Positions 1 through 8,851 of a DNA stretch of 64,000 nt are shown here, piece by piece. Each line of letters starts with the position of its first letter. Position 1 is the stretch's first letter. This stretch comes from Streptosporangiaceae bacterium. Lineage in GTDB: Bacteria > Actinomycetota > Actinomycetes > Streptosporangiales > Streptosporangiaceae. Under the pieces are notes generated by a model that saw only the letters and a program-made list of their open reading frames with translations, was not told the origin of the DNA and ran no database searches. The stretch spans positions 5,988 to 69,987 of the forward strand of contig DATCFY010000058.1 of assembly GCA_036509255.1 (NCBI GenBank), given 5' to 3'. The translations under genes and the position numbers were made by a program.

Positions 1-881
1 AGCATGAGCGGGAAGTCGTTGCCCAGGATGGTGAGGGCCGGGCCCGCCGCGTTGCGCAGCGCGTGCCGGACCAGGATGCGGCGGTAGGGCAGGCCGCGCA
101 CCCGGGCCCCGACGATGTAGTTCTGCTCGAGCACCTCGACCAGGGAGGTCCGCAGCTGCCGGGCGATGTCCGCGGATACCGCCAGGCTGAGCGCCAGGCT
201 GGGCAGGATGATGTGCGCCAGCCACTGCGCGATGCTGGTGCTCGGCCCGACGTAGCCGTTGGCGGGCAGCAGGTGCGCCGTGACCGCGAACAGCACCACG
301 AGGATGATGCCGACCACGAACGCCGGGAGGGTCGACGCCGCCGAGCACACCACGGTGACCCCGCGGTCGAACCAGCCGCCGCGGCGGATGGCCGCGATCG
401 TCCCGGCGCTGCCGCCGATGACGGCGGCCAGGATCACGGCCAGCACCGCGATCGACAAGTCGACCGGGAGCCGCTGCGCGATGCTCTGCGCCACCGGGAT
501 CTGGGTGAAGTAGGACCGGCCGAGGTTGCCGTGGACGGCCTGGGTCAGCCAGTTCCAGTACTGCACGATGAGCGGGTGGTTCAGGCCCAGGGTGCGGTTC
601 AGCCGGGCGACCGCGGCCGGGGTGGCCGCGTCCTGGCCGAGGATCGTGGCCGCCGGGTCGCTGTTGGACAGCGCGCCCAGGCTGTAGGTGATGAACGAGC
701 TGATGAGCACGATCGGCACCAGCACGGCGAGGCCGCCGCCGAGCCGGGCCGCGACGATCCGGCTGCGGCGCCGCCGGGGCGGGGTTCCCGGGCGGCCGGC
801 CCGGCCGGGCGCGATCCGCCCGGCCGGGGTCCGGCGGGGCGGGGTGGCCCCGGCGGACGGCGGGATGCTGACGACACTCAT
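1..881 (-). CDS. ABC transporter permease (DppB/OppB-type), C-terminal end outside the window
   Basis: Absent from the ORF track because no stop codon lies in the window. Own translation of the minus strand from ATG at 881 gives MSVVSIPPSAG...RIVAARLGGGLAVLVPIVLISSFITYSLGALSNSDPAATILGQD...HIILPSLALSLAVSADIARQLRTSLVEVLEQNYIVGARVRGL. It has hydrophobic segments and high GC3, and starts 4 nt after the stop of the upstream SBP gene. Confidence 0.8.
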   Translation of the reverse strand, partial: MSVVSIPPSAGATPPRRTPAGRIAPGRAGRPGTPPRRRRSRIVAARLGGGLAVLVPIVLISSFITYSLGALSNSDPAATILGQDAATPAAVARLNRTLGLNHPLIVQYWNWLTQAVHGNLGRSYFTQIPVAQSIAQRLPVDLSIAVLAVILAAVIGGSAGTIAAIRRGGWFDRGVTVVCSAASTLPAFVVGIILVVLFAVTAHLLPANGYVGPSTSIAQWLAHIILPSLALSLAVSADIARQLRTSLVEVLEQNYIVGARVRGLPYRRILVRHALRNAAGPALTILGNDFPLM

Positions 882-885
882 CGGC

Positions 886-2598
886 TCAGCCCGCCACCCG
901 GACGCCTTCCCAGCGCTGCTGGACCAGGTCGTACGGGATGCCGGTCACCTTCGGGCTGTAGGCGAAGATGCGCGGGTTGGTGTAGAGCCAGATGTGGATG
1001 GGGTCGTTCGTCACCGCGGTGCTGACCGCCTTCTGCAGGGTGCTCGGGTAGCTGCCCGAGCCGAGCGGCACGGTGAGGGCCTGGTTGAGCGCCTGCGTGA
1101 CGGTGGTCGACGTGGTCGAGGTCTTGCCGTTCACGTTCATCAGGCCCTGCTGGCTGTACAGCACGTCCAGCATCTCGACCGGGGAGTTGCGGCCCGCGGT
1201 GCCGTCGATGGCCAGCGGGATCGTCTTGTCCAGGTAGAGGTACTGGGTCTCGGTGGCCGCCGGGATGTCCTTGATGGTGACCGAGATGCCGACCTGCTTG
1301 AGCTGGCTCTGCAGCTGCTCGGCCAGCGAGTCACTCGTGCTGACCGTGCTCAGCGTGATCTTCACGCCGTTCGGGTAGCCGGCCTGGGCCAGCAACTGCT
1401 TCGCCTTGGCCGGGTTGTAGGGGTAGAGGCTGGCCAGCGCCGGGTTGTAACCCACGAAGCCCTTGGGGAACGGCTGGTAGGAGACCGCGCCGTAGCCGGA
1501 GGCCTGGACCTGGAGGATGGCCTGGCGGTTGATGGCGTAGTTGATGGCCTTGACCACGTCCGGCTTGTTGAACGGGGCGGTCGTGGTCTGGATGTCCAGC
1601 TCGTTGACCACCTCGGACGGGATCACGGCGATCTTGAACCCGGCGGCCTTGGCCGACGCGACCTGGTTACCGGCGATGTAGGCCACGTTGACCTGGCCGG
1701 ATTGCAGCGCGGCCAGGATCTGCTCCGGCTGGGTGATGGACTGCACCGTGAAGTTGGCCAGGTGGATCTGGCTGGCGTCCCAGTAGCCGGGGTTGCGGAC
1801 CAGGTCCGCGTGGGAGTCCGGGACGTAGCTGGTCAGCTTGAACGGCCCCGCGCCGACCGGGTGGGTGGGCAGGCTGCCCGGGTTCTTGGTGAAGGCCGCC
1901 GGGCTCACCATCATCCCGTCCTTGCCGGCCAGCAGGTCAGGTATCTGGTAGTCGACCCCGGCCAGGTCGAGCGTGAAGCTCGTCGGGCTGTTCACCACGA
2001 CCTTGGAGATGACCGCGAGCTCCGAGGCGATGTTGGAGTTCGACTGCTTCTGGCCCCGCTCGATGTTCTCCTTGACCGCCTGCGCGTTGAGCGGCGTGCC
2101 GTCGGTGAACTTGAGGCCCGGGCGCAGCGTGAACGTGACGCTCTTGCCGTTCGCGGCGTACTTCCAGGACGTGGCGAGACCGGGCTCGACGGTGCCGTGC
2201 GGGTCGAGCATGGTGAGCGAGGCGTAGACGAGGCCGAGCGCATGCACGTCCCACCCGGCGCTCGAGGTGACCGGATCCCAGGAGGTGGGAAGTTCCCACT
2301 CCCAGTTGACGGTGCCGGTCGCCCCGGCCGTGGCGGACGAGGCGGAGCCTGCCGTCGAGCCGGCACTGCTGCCGCAGGCGGCCGCGGCCAGCGAGAGAGC
2401 GAGGACGGCGGCGCCCGCGAGGGCACTGCGGCGGACCGTGGCGTGCCTGGGGGCACTGCGGCGGACCGAAGTGCCTGCGAGGGGAGCCGCGGTGTCTGCG
2501 AAGGGAGCCGCAGTGTCCCGGAGGGCACTGCGGCGGACCGCGCGCCGGGGGAATGGCATCGAGTACTCCTGTGGGGGGGTGACGGGGGGCCCAGCCAC
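886..2598 (-). CDS. ABC transporter substrate-binding lipoprotein, family 5 (peptide/nickel type)
   Basis: 570-aa ORF with a lipobox (LSLAAAACGSS) and the length and sequence character of DppA/OppA-like SBPs (WEWELPTSWDP, LVRNPGYWD). It sits directly upstream of the permease. The true start may be the internal MPFPRR at about 2559. Confidence 0.85.
   Translation of the reverse strand: MAGPPVTPPQEYSMPFPRRAVRRSALRDTAAPFADTAAPLAGTSVRRSAPRHATVRRSALAGAAVLALSLAAAACGSSAGSTAGSASSATAGATGTVNWEWELPTSWDPVTSSAGWDVHALGLVYASLTMLDPHGTVEPGLATSWKYAANGKSVTFTLRPGLKFTDGTPLNAQAVKENIERGQKQSNSNIASELAVISKVVVNSPTSFTLDLAGVDYQIPDLLAGKDGMMVSPAAFTKNPGSLPTHPVGAGPFKLTSYVPDSHADLVRNPGYWDASQIHLANFTVQSITQPEQILAALQSGQVNVAYIAGNQVASAKAAGFKIAVIPSEVVNELDIQTTTAPFNKPDVVKAINYAINRQAILQVQASGYGAVSYQPFPKGFVGYNPALASLYPYNPAKAKQLLAQAGYPNGVKITLSTVSTSDSLAEQLQSQLKQVGISVTIKDIPAATETQYLYLDKTIPLAIDGTAGRNSPVEMLDVLYSQQGLMNVNGKTSTTSTTVTQALNQALTVPLGSGSYPSTLQKAVSTAVTNDPIHIWLYTNPRIFAYSPKVTGIPYDLVQQRWEGVRVAG
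2421..2540. repeat. Three copies of the 18-mer GGGCACTGCGGCGGACCG plus a 21-nt tandem duplication inside the SBP 5' coding region
   Basis: Copies read directly at 2421-2438, 2451-2468 and 2523-2540. They encode a reiterated RRSAL/RRSAP n-region ahead of the signal peptide. Confidence 0.7.
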
Positions 2599-2645
2599 GC
2601 CCTCGTGGCTCGGTGCATCCAGCGGCGTAACTGTAAATCAGATAA

Positions 2646-2666
2646 AATCGATTGGTCAAGTAGGAT
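2646..2666 (+). promoter_or_regulatory. AATCGAT-N7-GTAGGAT element (ATCGAT palindrome plus -10-like TAGGAT) upstream of the rhodanese gene
   Basis: Lies in an AT-rich divergent intergenic region. The same AATCGAT-N7-GTAGG arrangement recurs at 6166-6184. Confidence 0.35.
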
Positions 2667-2702
2667 ATTCACGGAAACACCCGCCAGGTAGGGGTATCGC
2701 GC

Positions 2703-4325
2703 ATGGTCAGACCACCTGAGCAGGCACCGGGCCCCGGTGTGACCCCGGGCGCAGCGGTGCGCCGCGCGCTCCGGGCGCGGACCGAGATCGGGCTGCTCGA
2801 CGTGCGCCCGGAGGGGCCCTTCGCCGAGGGGCATCCCCTGTTCGCGGCCTCATTCCCGGCCGGCCGCCTGGAAGCCGAGGTGCTCGACCGGCTGCCCCGC
2901 CGCTCGGTGCCCCTGGTGGTCTACGGGGACGGCGAGCCGGACGCCGCGGCCGCGGCGGGACGCCTCCGGAGCCTGGGCTACCGCGACGTGTCACTGCTGG
3001 AGGGCGGGCTGGCCGGCTGGGTGGCCGGCGGCGGCGAGCTGTTCCGGGACGTCAACGCCCCCAGCAAGGCGTTCGGGGAACTGGTCGAGGCCACCGCGGG
3101 CACCCCGGCCGTGGCGGCCGCGGAACTGCGCGCCCTGCTCAGCAGCGGCGCGGACGTGGTCGTCGTGGACGCCCGGCGGTTCGAGGAATACCACACGATG
3201 AGCATCCCCACCGCGACCAGCGTGCCCGGCGCCGAGCTTGTGCTGCGGGCCGGCGAGCTCGCGCCCGACCCGGCCACCCTGGTCGTGGTCAACTGCGCGG
3301 GGCGCACCCGGAGCATCATCGGGACGCAGTCACTGATCAACGCCGGGCTGCCCAACCGGGTGGTGGCCCTGCGCAACGGAACCATCGGCTGGACCCTGGC
3401 CGGGCTGGCGCTGGACCACGGCCAGGACCGCCGCGCCCCGGAGGTGCCGCCCGAGGCCGCCCGGCGGGCGGACACCGCGGCCTGGACCGTGGCCCGGAAG
3501 GCCGGGGCGGGCCGGGTCACCGCCGCCACGCTCCAGTCGGTGCTGGACCGCGGGGACCGCACCGTCTACCGGTTCGACGTCCGGTCCCCCGCCGAGTACG
3601 CGGGAGGTCACCTGGCCGGGTTCAGGTCTGCTCCTGGCGGCCAGCTGGTGCAGGAGACCGACCGGTTCGCCCCGGTCCGGGGGGCGCCGCTGGTGCTCGC
3701 CGACGACCGGGGCGGCCGCGCCGCGATGACCGCGTCGTGGCTGGCCCAGATGGGCTGGGACGTCGCGGTCCTGGAGCCGGGCGGCAGCCCGTCCGGCCGC
3801 ACAGCGGCGGCCCCGGCCCAGACCGGGCCGTGGGCGCCGTCCTGGCCGCCCCTGCCGGAGCTGCCCCTGGCCGGCCCGGCCGAGGTGGACGGCTGGCTGC
3901 GGGACGGCGAGGCCGCGGTGGTCGACGTCGACTCCAGCCCCCGGTTCCTGGCCGGGCACGTGCCGGGCGCGGCCTGGGCGCTGCGCACCGACCTGTCCCG
4001 GGCCGGCTGGCCTGGCCGGGCGGGCCGGCTGGTCGTGACCAGCGCGGACGGGATGCTGGCCCGCTTCGCCGCCGCCGGCCTGCCCGCACGTCCGGGGACC
4101 CGGGTGCTGGTGCTGGACGGCGGGACCGCCGGGTGGGCCCGGTCGGGGCGCCCGCTGGACTCCGGCCCCGGTGAGATGCTGTCCCCGCCGATCGATGTCT
4201 ACCGCCGGCCTTACGAGGGCACCGGCGTTGATCCCGCAGCCATGCAGGCCTACCTGGACTGGGAGTACGGCCTCGTAGCCCAGCTGGAGCGCGACGGCAC
4301 CCACGGCTTCACCGTGCTCACGTGA
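2703..4325 (+). CDS. Multi-domain rhodanese-like sulfurtransferase
   Basis: 540 aa with repeated rhodanese-like modules (LLDVRPEGPFAEGH, VVVDARRFEEYH, YRFDVRSPAEYAGGH). Active-site loop is VVNCAGRTRS (Cys-X-G-X-X-R-S). Confidence 0.8.
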   Translation: MVRPPEQAPGPGVTPGAAVRRALRARTEIGLLDVRPEGPFAEGHPLFAASFPAGRLEAEVLDRLPRRSVPLVVYGDGEPDAAAAAGRLRSLGYRDVSLLEGGLAGWVAGGGELFRDVNAPSKAFGELVEATAGTPAVAAAELRALLSSGADVVVVDARRFEEYHTMSIPTATSVPGAELVLRAGELAPDPATLVVVNCAGRTRSIIGTQSLINAGLPNRVVALRNGTIGWTLAGLALDHGQDRRAPEVPPEAARRADTAAWTVARKAGAGRVTAATLQSVLDRGDRTVYRFDVRSPAEYAGGHLAGFRSAPGGQLVQETDRFAPVRGAPLVLADDRGGRAAMTASWLAQMGWDVAVLEPGGSPSGRTAAAPAQTGPWAPSWPPLPELPLAGPAEVDGWLRDGEAAVVDVDSSPRFLAGHVPGAAWALRTDLSRAGWPGRAGRLVVTSADGMLARFAAAGLPARPGTRVLVLDGGTAGWARSGRPLDSGPGEMLSPPIDVYRRPYEGTGVDPAAMQAYLDWEYGLVAQLERDGTHGFTVLT

Positions 4326-4339
4326 CCGGCAGCTAGCCC

Positions 4340-4368
4340 TTGCCCACGCCTGCGGTCACGGCGATACT
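4340..4368 (+). promoter_or_regulatory. Candidate sigma70-type promoter TTGCCC-N17-GATACT
   Basis: Hexamers and 17-nt spacing read directly. A second GATACT lies 22 nt downstream (4385-4390). The element is upstream of the redoxin gene. Confidence 0.3.
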
Positions 4369-4436
4369 CAACTTTACAGATGGGGATACTAGACAATTCT
4401 CCGCCGGGCACGAGACCACGAGAGCAGGCGCCAGCC

Positions 4437-5117
4437 ATGACCGACCGCCCCCCGCCATCCGTCTGCCAGCTACTCGCCGACCTGCACGCCTACCGGCTGC
4501 GGACCATGGCGCCCGCTGACCTCCAGGTGAACATCGACCAGCGGCAGCTCCTGGAGGACACCGCCGACCGCGCCGCGTTCGTGAAGGCGGGCGACGTCGT
4601 GGAGCCGTTTTCCCTGCCGGAAGTACTCGGGGGCACCATCGAGCTGGACCGCCTGCTGGCCGACGGCCCGGTAGTCCTCCTGTTCTTCCGCTACGAGGGC
4701 TGCCCGGCCTGCAACATCGCACTCCGCCATTACCAGCTGGAGCTGTACCCCGCCCTCGCCGAGCTGGGCGCCACGCTGGTCGCCGTCAGCCCGCAGGTGC
4801 CCGGCCGGCTGGCCACGATCAAGAACCGGTACGGCTTCGGGTTCCCCGTGCTGTCCGACACCCGCAACGGGCTCGCCCGCCGGTTCGGTATCACGTTCAC
4901 GTCCAGCCCCGCAGCCCAGGCTCACGCCCGGGCCAACGGCATGGACCTCGGGCAGGTCCTGGGGACCGGCCAGTGGGAACTGCCCATGCCCACCATCGTG
5001 GTGATCGGCCAGGACCGGATGGTCCGGTTCGCGGACGTCCACCCCGACTGGCTGGTGCGGACCGAGGCGGAGGCGGTCCTCGAGGCCGTCCGCCCGCTGG
5101 CCGCCGTGCCGGCCTGA
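4437..5117 (+). CDS. Peroxiredoxin-like / AhpC-TSA (redoxin) family protein
   Basis: Thioredoxin-fold motif VVLLFFRYEGCPACNIALRHY and FPVLSD. The ORF opens at 4380, but its first 19 codons have low GC3, so ATG 4437 is preferred. Confidence 0.7.
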   Translation: MTDRPPPSVCQLLADLHAYRLRTMAPADLQVNIDQRQLLEDTADRAAFVKAGDVVEPFSLPEVLGGTIELDRLLADGPVVLLFFRYEGCPACNIALRHYQLELYPALAELGATLVAVSPQVPGRLATIKNRYGFGFPVLSDTRNGLARRFGITFTSSPAAQAHARANGMDLGQVLGTGQWELPMPTIVVIGQDRMVRFADVHPDWLVRTEAEAVLEAVRPLAAVPA

Positions 5118-5132
5118 ACACCGGAGAACCGC

Positions 5133-6134
5133 GTGCCTGCGCCATTTCGTCTCGGCTTCCTGTCCCACCTGCACGGTCCCCAGGAAGCCAGCCAGCATTA
5201 CCGTGACTACGTCGAGCTCTTCGTCGCCGCCGAGGAGCTGGGCTTCGACTCCGCCTGGGTCGCGCAGCACCACTTCGACGCCTCGGCGGGGCGGCTGCCG
5301 TCCCCCTTCACGTTCCTGGCCGCGGTCGCCGAGCGGACCAGCCGGATCCGCCTGGGGACGGCGGTGGTGACCCTCCCGCTGGAAGACCCGCTCCGGGTGG
5401 CGGAGGACGCGGCGGTGCTCGACGCGCTGAGCGGCGGCCGGGTGGAACTCGGCGTCGGGAGCGGCGCCGACCCGGCCGTGTTCACCGCCTTCGGCAAGGA
5501 TCTCGGCCGCCGCCGGGAGGACAACTCCGCAGGCGTGGCCACCCTCGCCGCCGCGTTCGCGGGTGAGCCGGTCGGAGGCACCGAGTTCCGCCTGCATCCG
5601 GCCGCACCGGGCCTGGCCGGGCGGCTCTGGCAGGCGGCGTTCAGCCAGGACGGCGCCCGGTACGTCGGGGCAGCGGGCTCCCGGCTGCTGCTGAACCGGG
5701 CGACCTTCGGCAGCGAGGGACGGACCGACGAGGTCCAGGCCCCCTGGGCCGAGGCCTACCTGGACGCCTACCCCGGGCCCGCCGACGAGGTGCGGATCGG
5801 CCTGTCCCGGGGGGTCTACCCGGCGGCTAGCCGCCGGGCGGCGAAAGCCGCGATCGAGGCGCCGGTGCTGGCCATGGCGGAGCGGATGATCCGGGCGGGC
5901 CGGTTCCCGGCCGGCCTCGCCGCCGAGGAGTACTTCGAGCGGATGCACATCTCCTACGGCTCCCCGGACCAGGTCGCCGAGCGCCTGGCCACGGACCGGG
6001 TCCTGCCGCTGGCGACCGAGCTGATCGTCCAGTTCAGCCCGGCCGCGCCGGCCCTGGACGAGGCGATCGCCGCACTGGAGCTGCTGGCGACCCAGGTGGC
6101 CCCGGCCCTCGGCTGGAAGCCCGAGACCCGTTGA
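5133..6134 (+). CDS. LLM-class (luciferase-like) flavin-dependent monooxygenase
   Basis: N-terminus FRLGFLSHL...ELGFDSAWVAQHHF is typical of the bacterial luciferase family. 333 aa. Confidence 0.85.
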   Translation: MPAPFRLGFLSHLHGPQEASQHYRDYVELFVAAEELGFDSAWVAQHHFDASAGRLPSPFTFLAAVAERTSRIRLGTAVVTLPLEDPLRVAEDAAVLDALSGGRVELGVGSGADPAVFTAFGKDLGRRREDNSAGVATLAAAFAGEPVGGTEFRLHPAAPGLAGRLWQAAFSQDGARYVGAAGSRLLLNRATFGSEGRTDEVQAPWAEAYLDAYPGPADEVRIGLSRGVYPAASRRAAKAAIEAPVLAMAERMIRAGRFPAGLAAEEYFERMHISYGSPDQVAERLATDRVLPLATELIVQFSPAAPALDEAIAALELLATQVAPALGWKPETR

Positions 6135-6165
6135 CATCCGCGCCACCCCCGTTCATTTTATAGTT

Positions 6166-6186
6166 AATCGATCGTTTTTGTAGGTT
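6166..6186 (+). promoter_or_regulatory. AATCGAT-N7-GTAGGTT element upstream of the TauD-like gene
   Basis: Second copy of the motif seen at 2646-2666, with identical spacing, in an AT-rich intergenic stretch. Confidence 0.35.
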
Positions 6187-6232
6187 TTGGGTGATGCGCC
6201 ACCACCGGCGCTCGCCCGGGAAGGACCCCGGC

Positions 6233-7108
6233 ATGTCCGCAGTCATCGACTCCGACCTCCAGCACGGCGCCCTCGCGATCCGCCCGCTCAAGCCCACGAT
6301 CGGCGCCGAGATCGAGGGCGTCGATCTCCGGTACCCGCTCAGCGACGCCACCCGGGACCAGATCAAGGCCGCCATCCTGGAGTACAAGGTCGTCTTCTTC
6401 CGCGACCAGGACACCGATCGTGACCAGCACGCCGCGTTCGCGCGGCAGTTCGGCCCGCTGTACACGCACCCAAGCGTGAACAAGCCCGACGCGGGCAAGG
6501 CACCGGCGGTGCACCGGATCTCCGCCGCCGACGCCAAGGCGCACGAGAAGACCGTCAAGCCGGACGACCAGGCCGGGGCCGAGAACTGGGATCCCTATCA
6601 CAGCGACACCAGCTGGCGGCTGGTCCCGACCTGGGGCGCCGTGCTGCGCGCGGTCACGCTGCCCGAGGTGGGCGGCGACACGATATGGGTCGACGCCGGG
6701 CTGGCCTACGACGCGCTCCCCGATGACGCGAAGCAGCGCCTCGACGGCCGCTACGTGACCCATGACTACCGGGCGGCGCTGGCGAGCTCCGGTCATGACT
6801 ATCCGATCGTGGCTCACCCGGTCGTCCGCACCCACCGCGAGACGGGCCGGAAGATCCTCTGGGTGAACTTCTCCCAGCACCCCTGGATCGTCGGCCTGGA
6901 CGGGGCCGAGAGCCGGGAACTCCTGTCCATCGTGCACGATCAGTACCGCAAGCCTGAGTTCCAGGTGCGTTTCAGCTGGCGGCCTGGCTCCATCGCGTTC
7001 TGGGACAACCGGGCCGCCGTGCACTACGCCGTGCGCAACTACGGCGACTTCCCGCGCCTGCTGGAGCGGATCCTGATCGCCGACGAACCCCAGTACGCCG
7101 ACCTGTAG
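6233..7108 (+). CDS. TauD/TfdA-family Fe(II)/2-oxoglutarate dioxygenase (taurine dioxygenase-like)
   Basis: IRPLKPTIGAEIEGVDL, HSDTSW (His-X-Asp facial triad), GGDTIWVD and WDNRAAVHYA. GAAGGA RBS lies before ATG 6233. The ORF opens at 6191 and 6194 is an alternative start. Confidence 0.85.
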   Translation: MSAVIDSDLQHGALAIRPLKPTIGAEIEGVDLRYPLSDATRDQIKAAILEYKVVFFRDQDTDRDQHAAFARQFGPLYTHPSVNKPDAGKAPAVHRISAADAKAHEKTVKPDDQAGAENWDPYHSDTSWRLVPTWGAVLRAVTLPEVGGDTIWVDAGLAYDALPDDAKQRLDGRYVTHDYRAALASSGHDYPIVAHPVVRTHRETGRKILWVNFSQHPWIVGLDGAESRELLSIVHDQYRKPEFQVRFSWRPGSIAFWDNRAAVHYAVRNYGDFPRLLERILIADEPQYADL

Positions 7109-7143
7109 CCACAGCGGTACGCCCGCACCCGGAAAGGACCAGC

Positions 7144-7944
7144 ATGGACCTGCAGCTGGCTGGCAAGCGCGCCGTCGTCACCGGCGGCAGCCGTGGCATC
7201 GGCTACGCAATCGCCAGCGCGCTCGGCGCCGAAGGGGCCGACCTCGCCCTGCTGGCCCGTGACGCCGCCCGGCTCGATGCGGCGGCCAAGGAACTCGCCG
7301 CGGAGCACGGCTGCCGGGTCCTGGCCCTGCCCGCCGACACCACCGACGACGCGGCGGTCCGCGCCGCCATCGACCGTGCCGCCGCCGAACTGGGCGGGAT
7401 CGACATCCTGGTCAACAACGCCGCCGAGCCGCCCGCCCCGGGCTCGGCCCGGGCCCTGGCCGACCTGGTCGACGCCGATCTCCTCGCGGCGATCGACACC
7501 AAGGTGGTCGGCTACGTGCGCTGCGCCCGCGCCGCCGCGCCCTACATGATCGCCCAGGGCTGGGGCCGGATCATCAACATCAGCGGCCTGGCCGCCCGCA
7601 GCGTGGGCACGCCCTCCGGCTCGATCCGCAACGTCGGCGTCGCGGCGCTGACCAAGACCCTCGCGGACGAGCTGGGACCGGCCGGCATCAACGTCACGGT
7701 GGTGCATCCGGGCCTGACCGCGACCGAGCGCACCCCGGCTATGATCGCCGGCTACGCCGTCGCCCGGGGCATCACCGAGGCCGAGGCCGCGGCGAGCCTG
7801 GCCGCGGGCAACAGCATCCGCCGCATCATCACCGCGGCGGAGGTGGCGGATGTCGTCGCGTTCCTGGCCTCGCCGCGCAGCGTGGCCATCAACGGCGACG
7901 CCATCGTGGCCGGGGGCGGCGCGCCGGGCGCCATCCACTACTGA
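7144..7944 (+). CDS. SDR-family oxidoreductase
   Basis: GKRAVVTGGSRGIG Rossmann motif and NNAA. 266 aa. Confidence 0.85.
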   Translation: MDLQLAGKRAVVTGGSRGIGYAIASALGAEGADLALLARDAARLDAAAKELAAEHGCRVLALPADTTDDAAVRAAIDRAAAELGGIDILVNNAAEPPAPGSARALADLVDADLLAAIDTKVVGYVRCARAAAPYMIAQGWGRIINISGLAARSVGTPSGSIRNVGVAALTKTLADELGPAGINVTVVHPGLTATERTPAMIAGYAVARGITEAEAAASLAAGNSIRRIITAAEVADVVAFLASPRSVAINGDAIVAGGGAPGAIHY

Positions 7945-8038
7945 TCCCGGGTCGCGGGTCCGGCGATAATAGGCAGCACGGCGTCACCGCGGCCGGCGGT
8001 GGCGGGCGGCCTGGTCGGGGGGAACCGGCCGCGGCGGC

Positions 8039-8407
8039 ATGAAGGGTGGCGGCGGCAGCATGAGCACGCTGTACCGGGATCGCTGGATTGAGTGCACCGA
8101 CGACGCCGTGCTCATCCACGGCTACTACTTCCCCTGGGGCACCAAGCGGGTGCCCTTCGCCGCGATCCGGACGGTCCGCCGGGTGCCGCTCGGCTCGGGG
8201 AGCCGGGGACGGATCTGGGGCAGCACGACGCTGCGCTACTGGGCCAGCCTGGACCCGCGCCGGCCGGGCAAGACCACCGCGCTGATCCTGGACACCGGCG
8301 CGGCGATCCTGCCTTTCATCACGCCGGACGACCCCGCCGCGGTCGAGGCCGTGATCCTCGGTCACTCCAGTGCCGGATCGGTGACCGGTCCCCCGGTCAT
8401 CGCCTGA
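8039..8407 (+). CDS. Hypothetical protein (possibly a bacterial PH-like domain)
   Basis: 122-aa ORF with high GC3. I recognise no motif. Alternative start at ATG 8060. Confidence 0.55.
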   Translation: MKGGGGSMSTLYRDRWIECTDDAVLIHGYYFPWGTKRVPFAAIRTVRRVPLGSGSRGRIWGSTTLRYWASLDPRRPGKTTALILDTGAAILPFITPDDPAAVEAVILGHSSAGSVTGPPVIA

Positions 8408-8518
8408 CCGCTCGCCCTCCTCGCCCGCTGGCCCCGCTCGCCCCGCTCGCCGCCCTCTTCGCTCCTAACGGCCGGTCCGGCTCTTGTCATACTCCAATGG
8501 CCGGTATATAACGGGGAC

Positions 8519-8851
8519 ATGAGCCAGCGTCCGCTGCAGGAGCCCACGTTCCTGATCCTCACCGCCCTCGCGGCCGGCGCCCAGCACGGCTACGGGATCA
8601 TGACCGACGTCACGGACATCTCCGCTGGCCGGGTCAAACTGCGGGCCGGGACGCTGTACGCCGCGCTGGACCGGCTGGCCGATGAGGGCCTGATCGAGGT
8701 GGACCGGGAGGAGATCGTGGACACCCGGCTGCGCCGCTACTACCGGCTCACCCCGCCGGGCGCGCAGCGGCTGGCCGCCGAGGTCGAGCGGATGCGTGCG
8801 CACACCACCGTCGCGGCCCGCCGGCTCGGCCTGCTCGGGGGGCTGGCATGA
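8519..8851 (+). CDS. PadR-family transcriptional regulator
   Basis: FLILTALAAGAQHGYGIM...GTLYAALDRLADEGLIE winged-helix signature. Confidence 0.85.
   Translation: MSQRPLQEPTFLILTALAAGAQHGYGIMTDVTDISAGRVKLRAGTLYAALDRLADEGLIEVDREEIVDTRLRRYYRLTPPGAQRLAAEVERMRAHTTVAARRLGLLGGLA

Noticed and set aside
6131-6136. Perfect TTGACA -35 hexamer near the TauD-like upstream region.
   Set aside because: It overlaps the LLM gene's stop codon (TGA 6132-6134) and lies 44 nt from the nearest -10-like box, so the spacing is incompatible with a sigma70 promoter.
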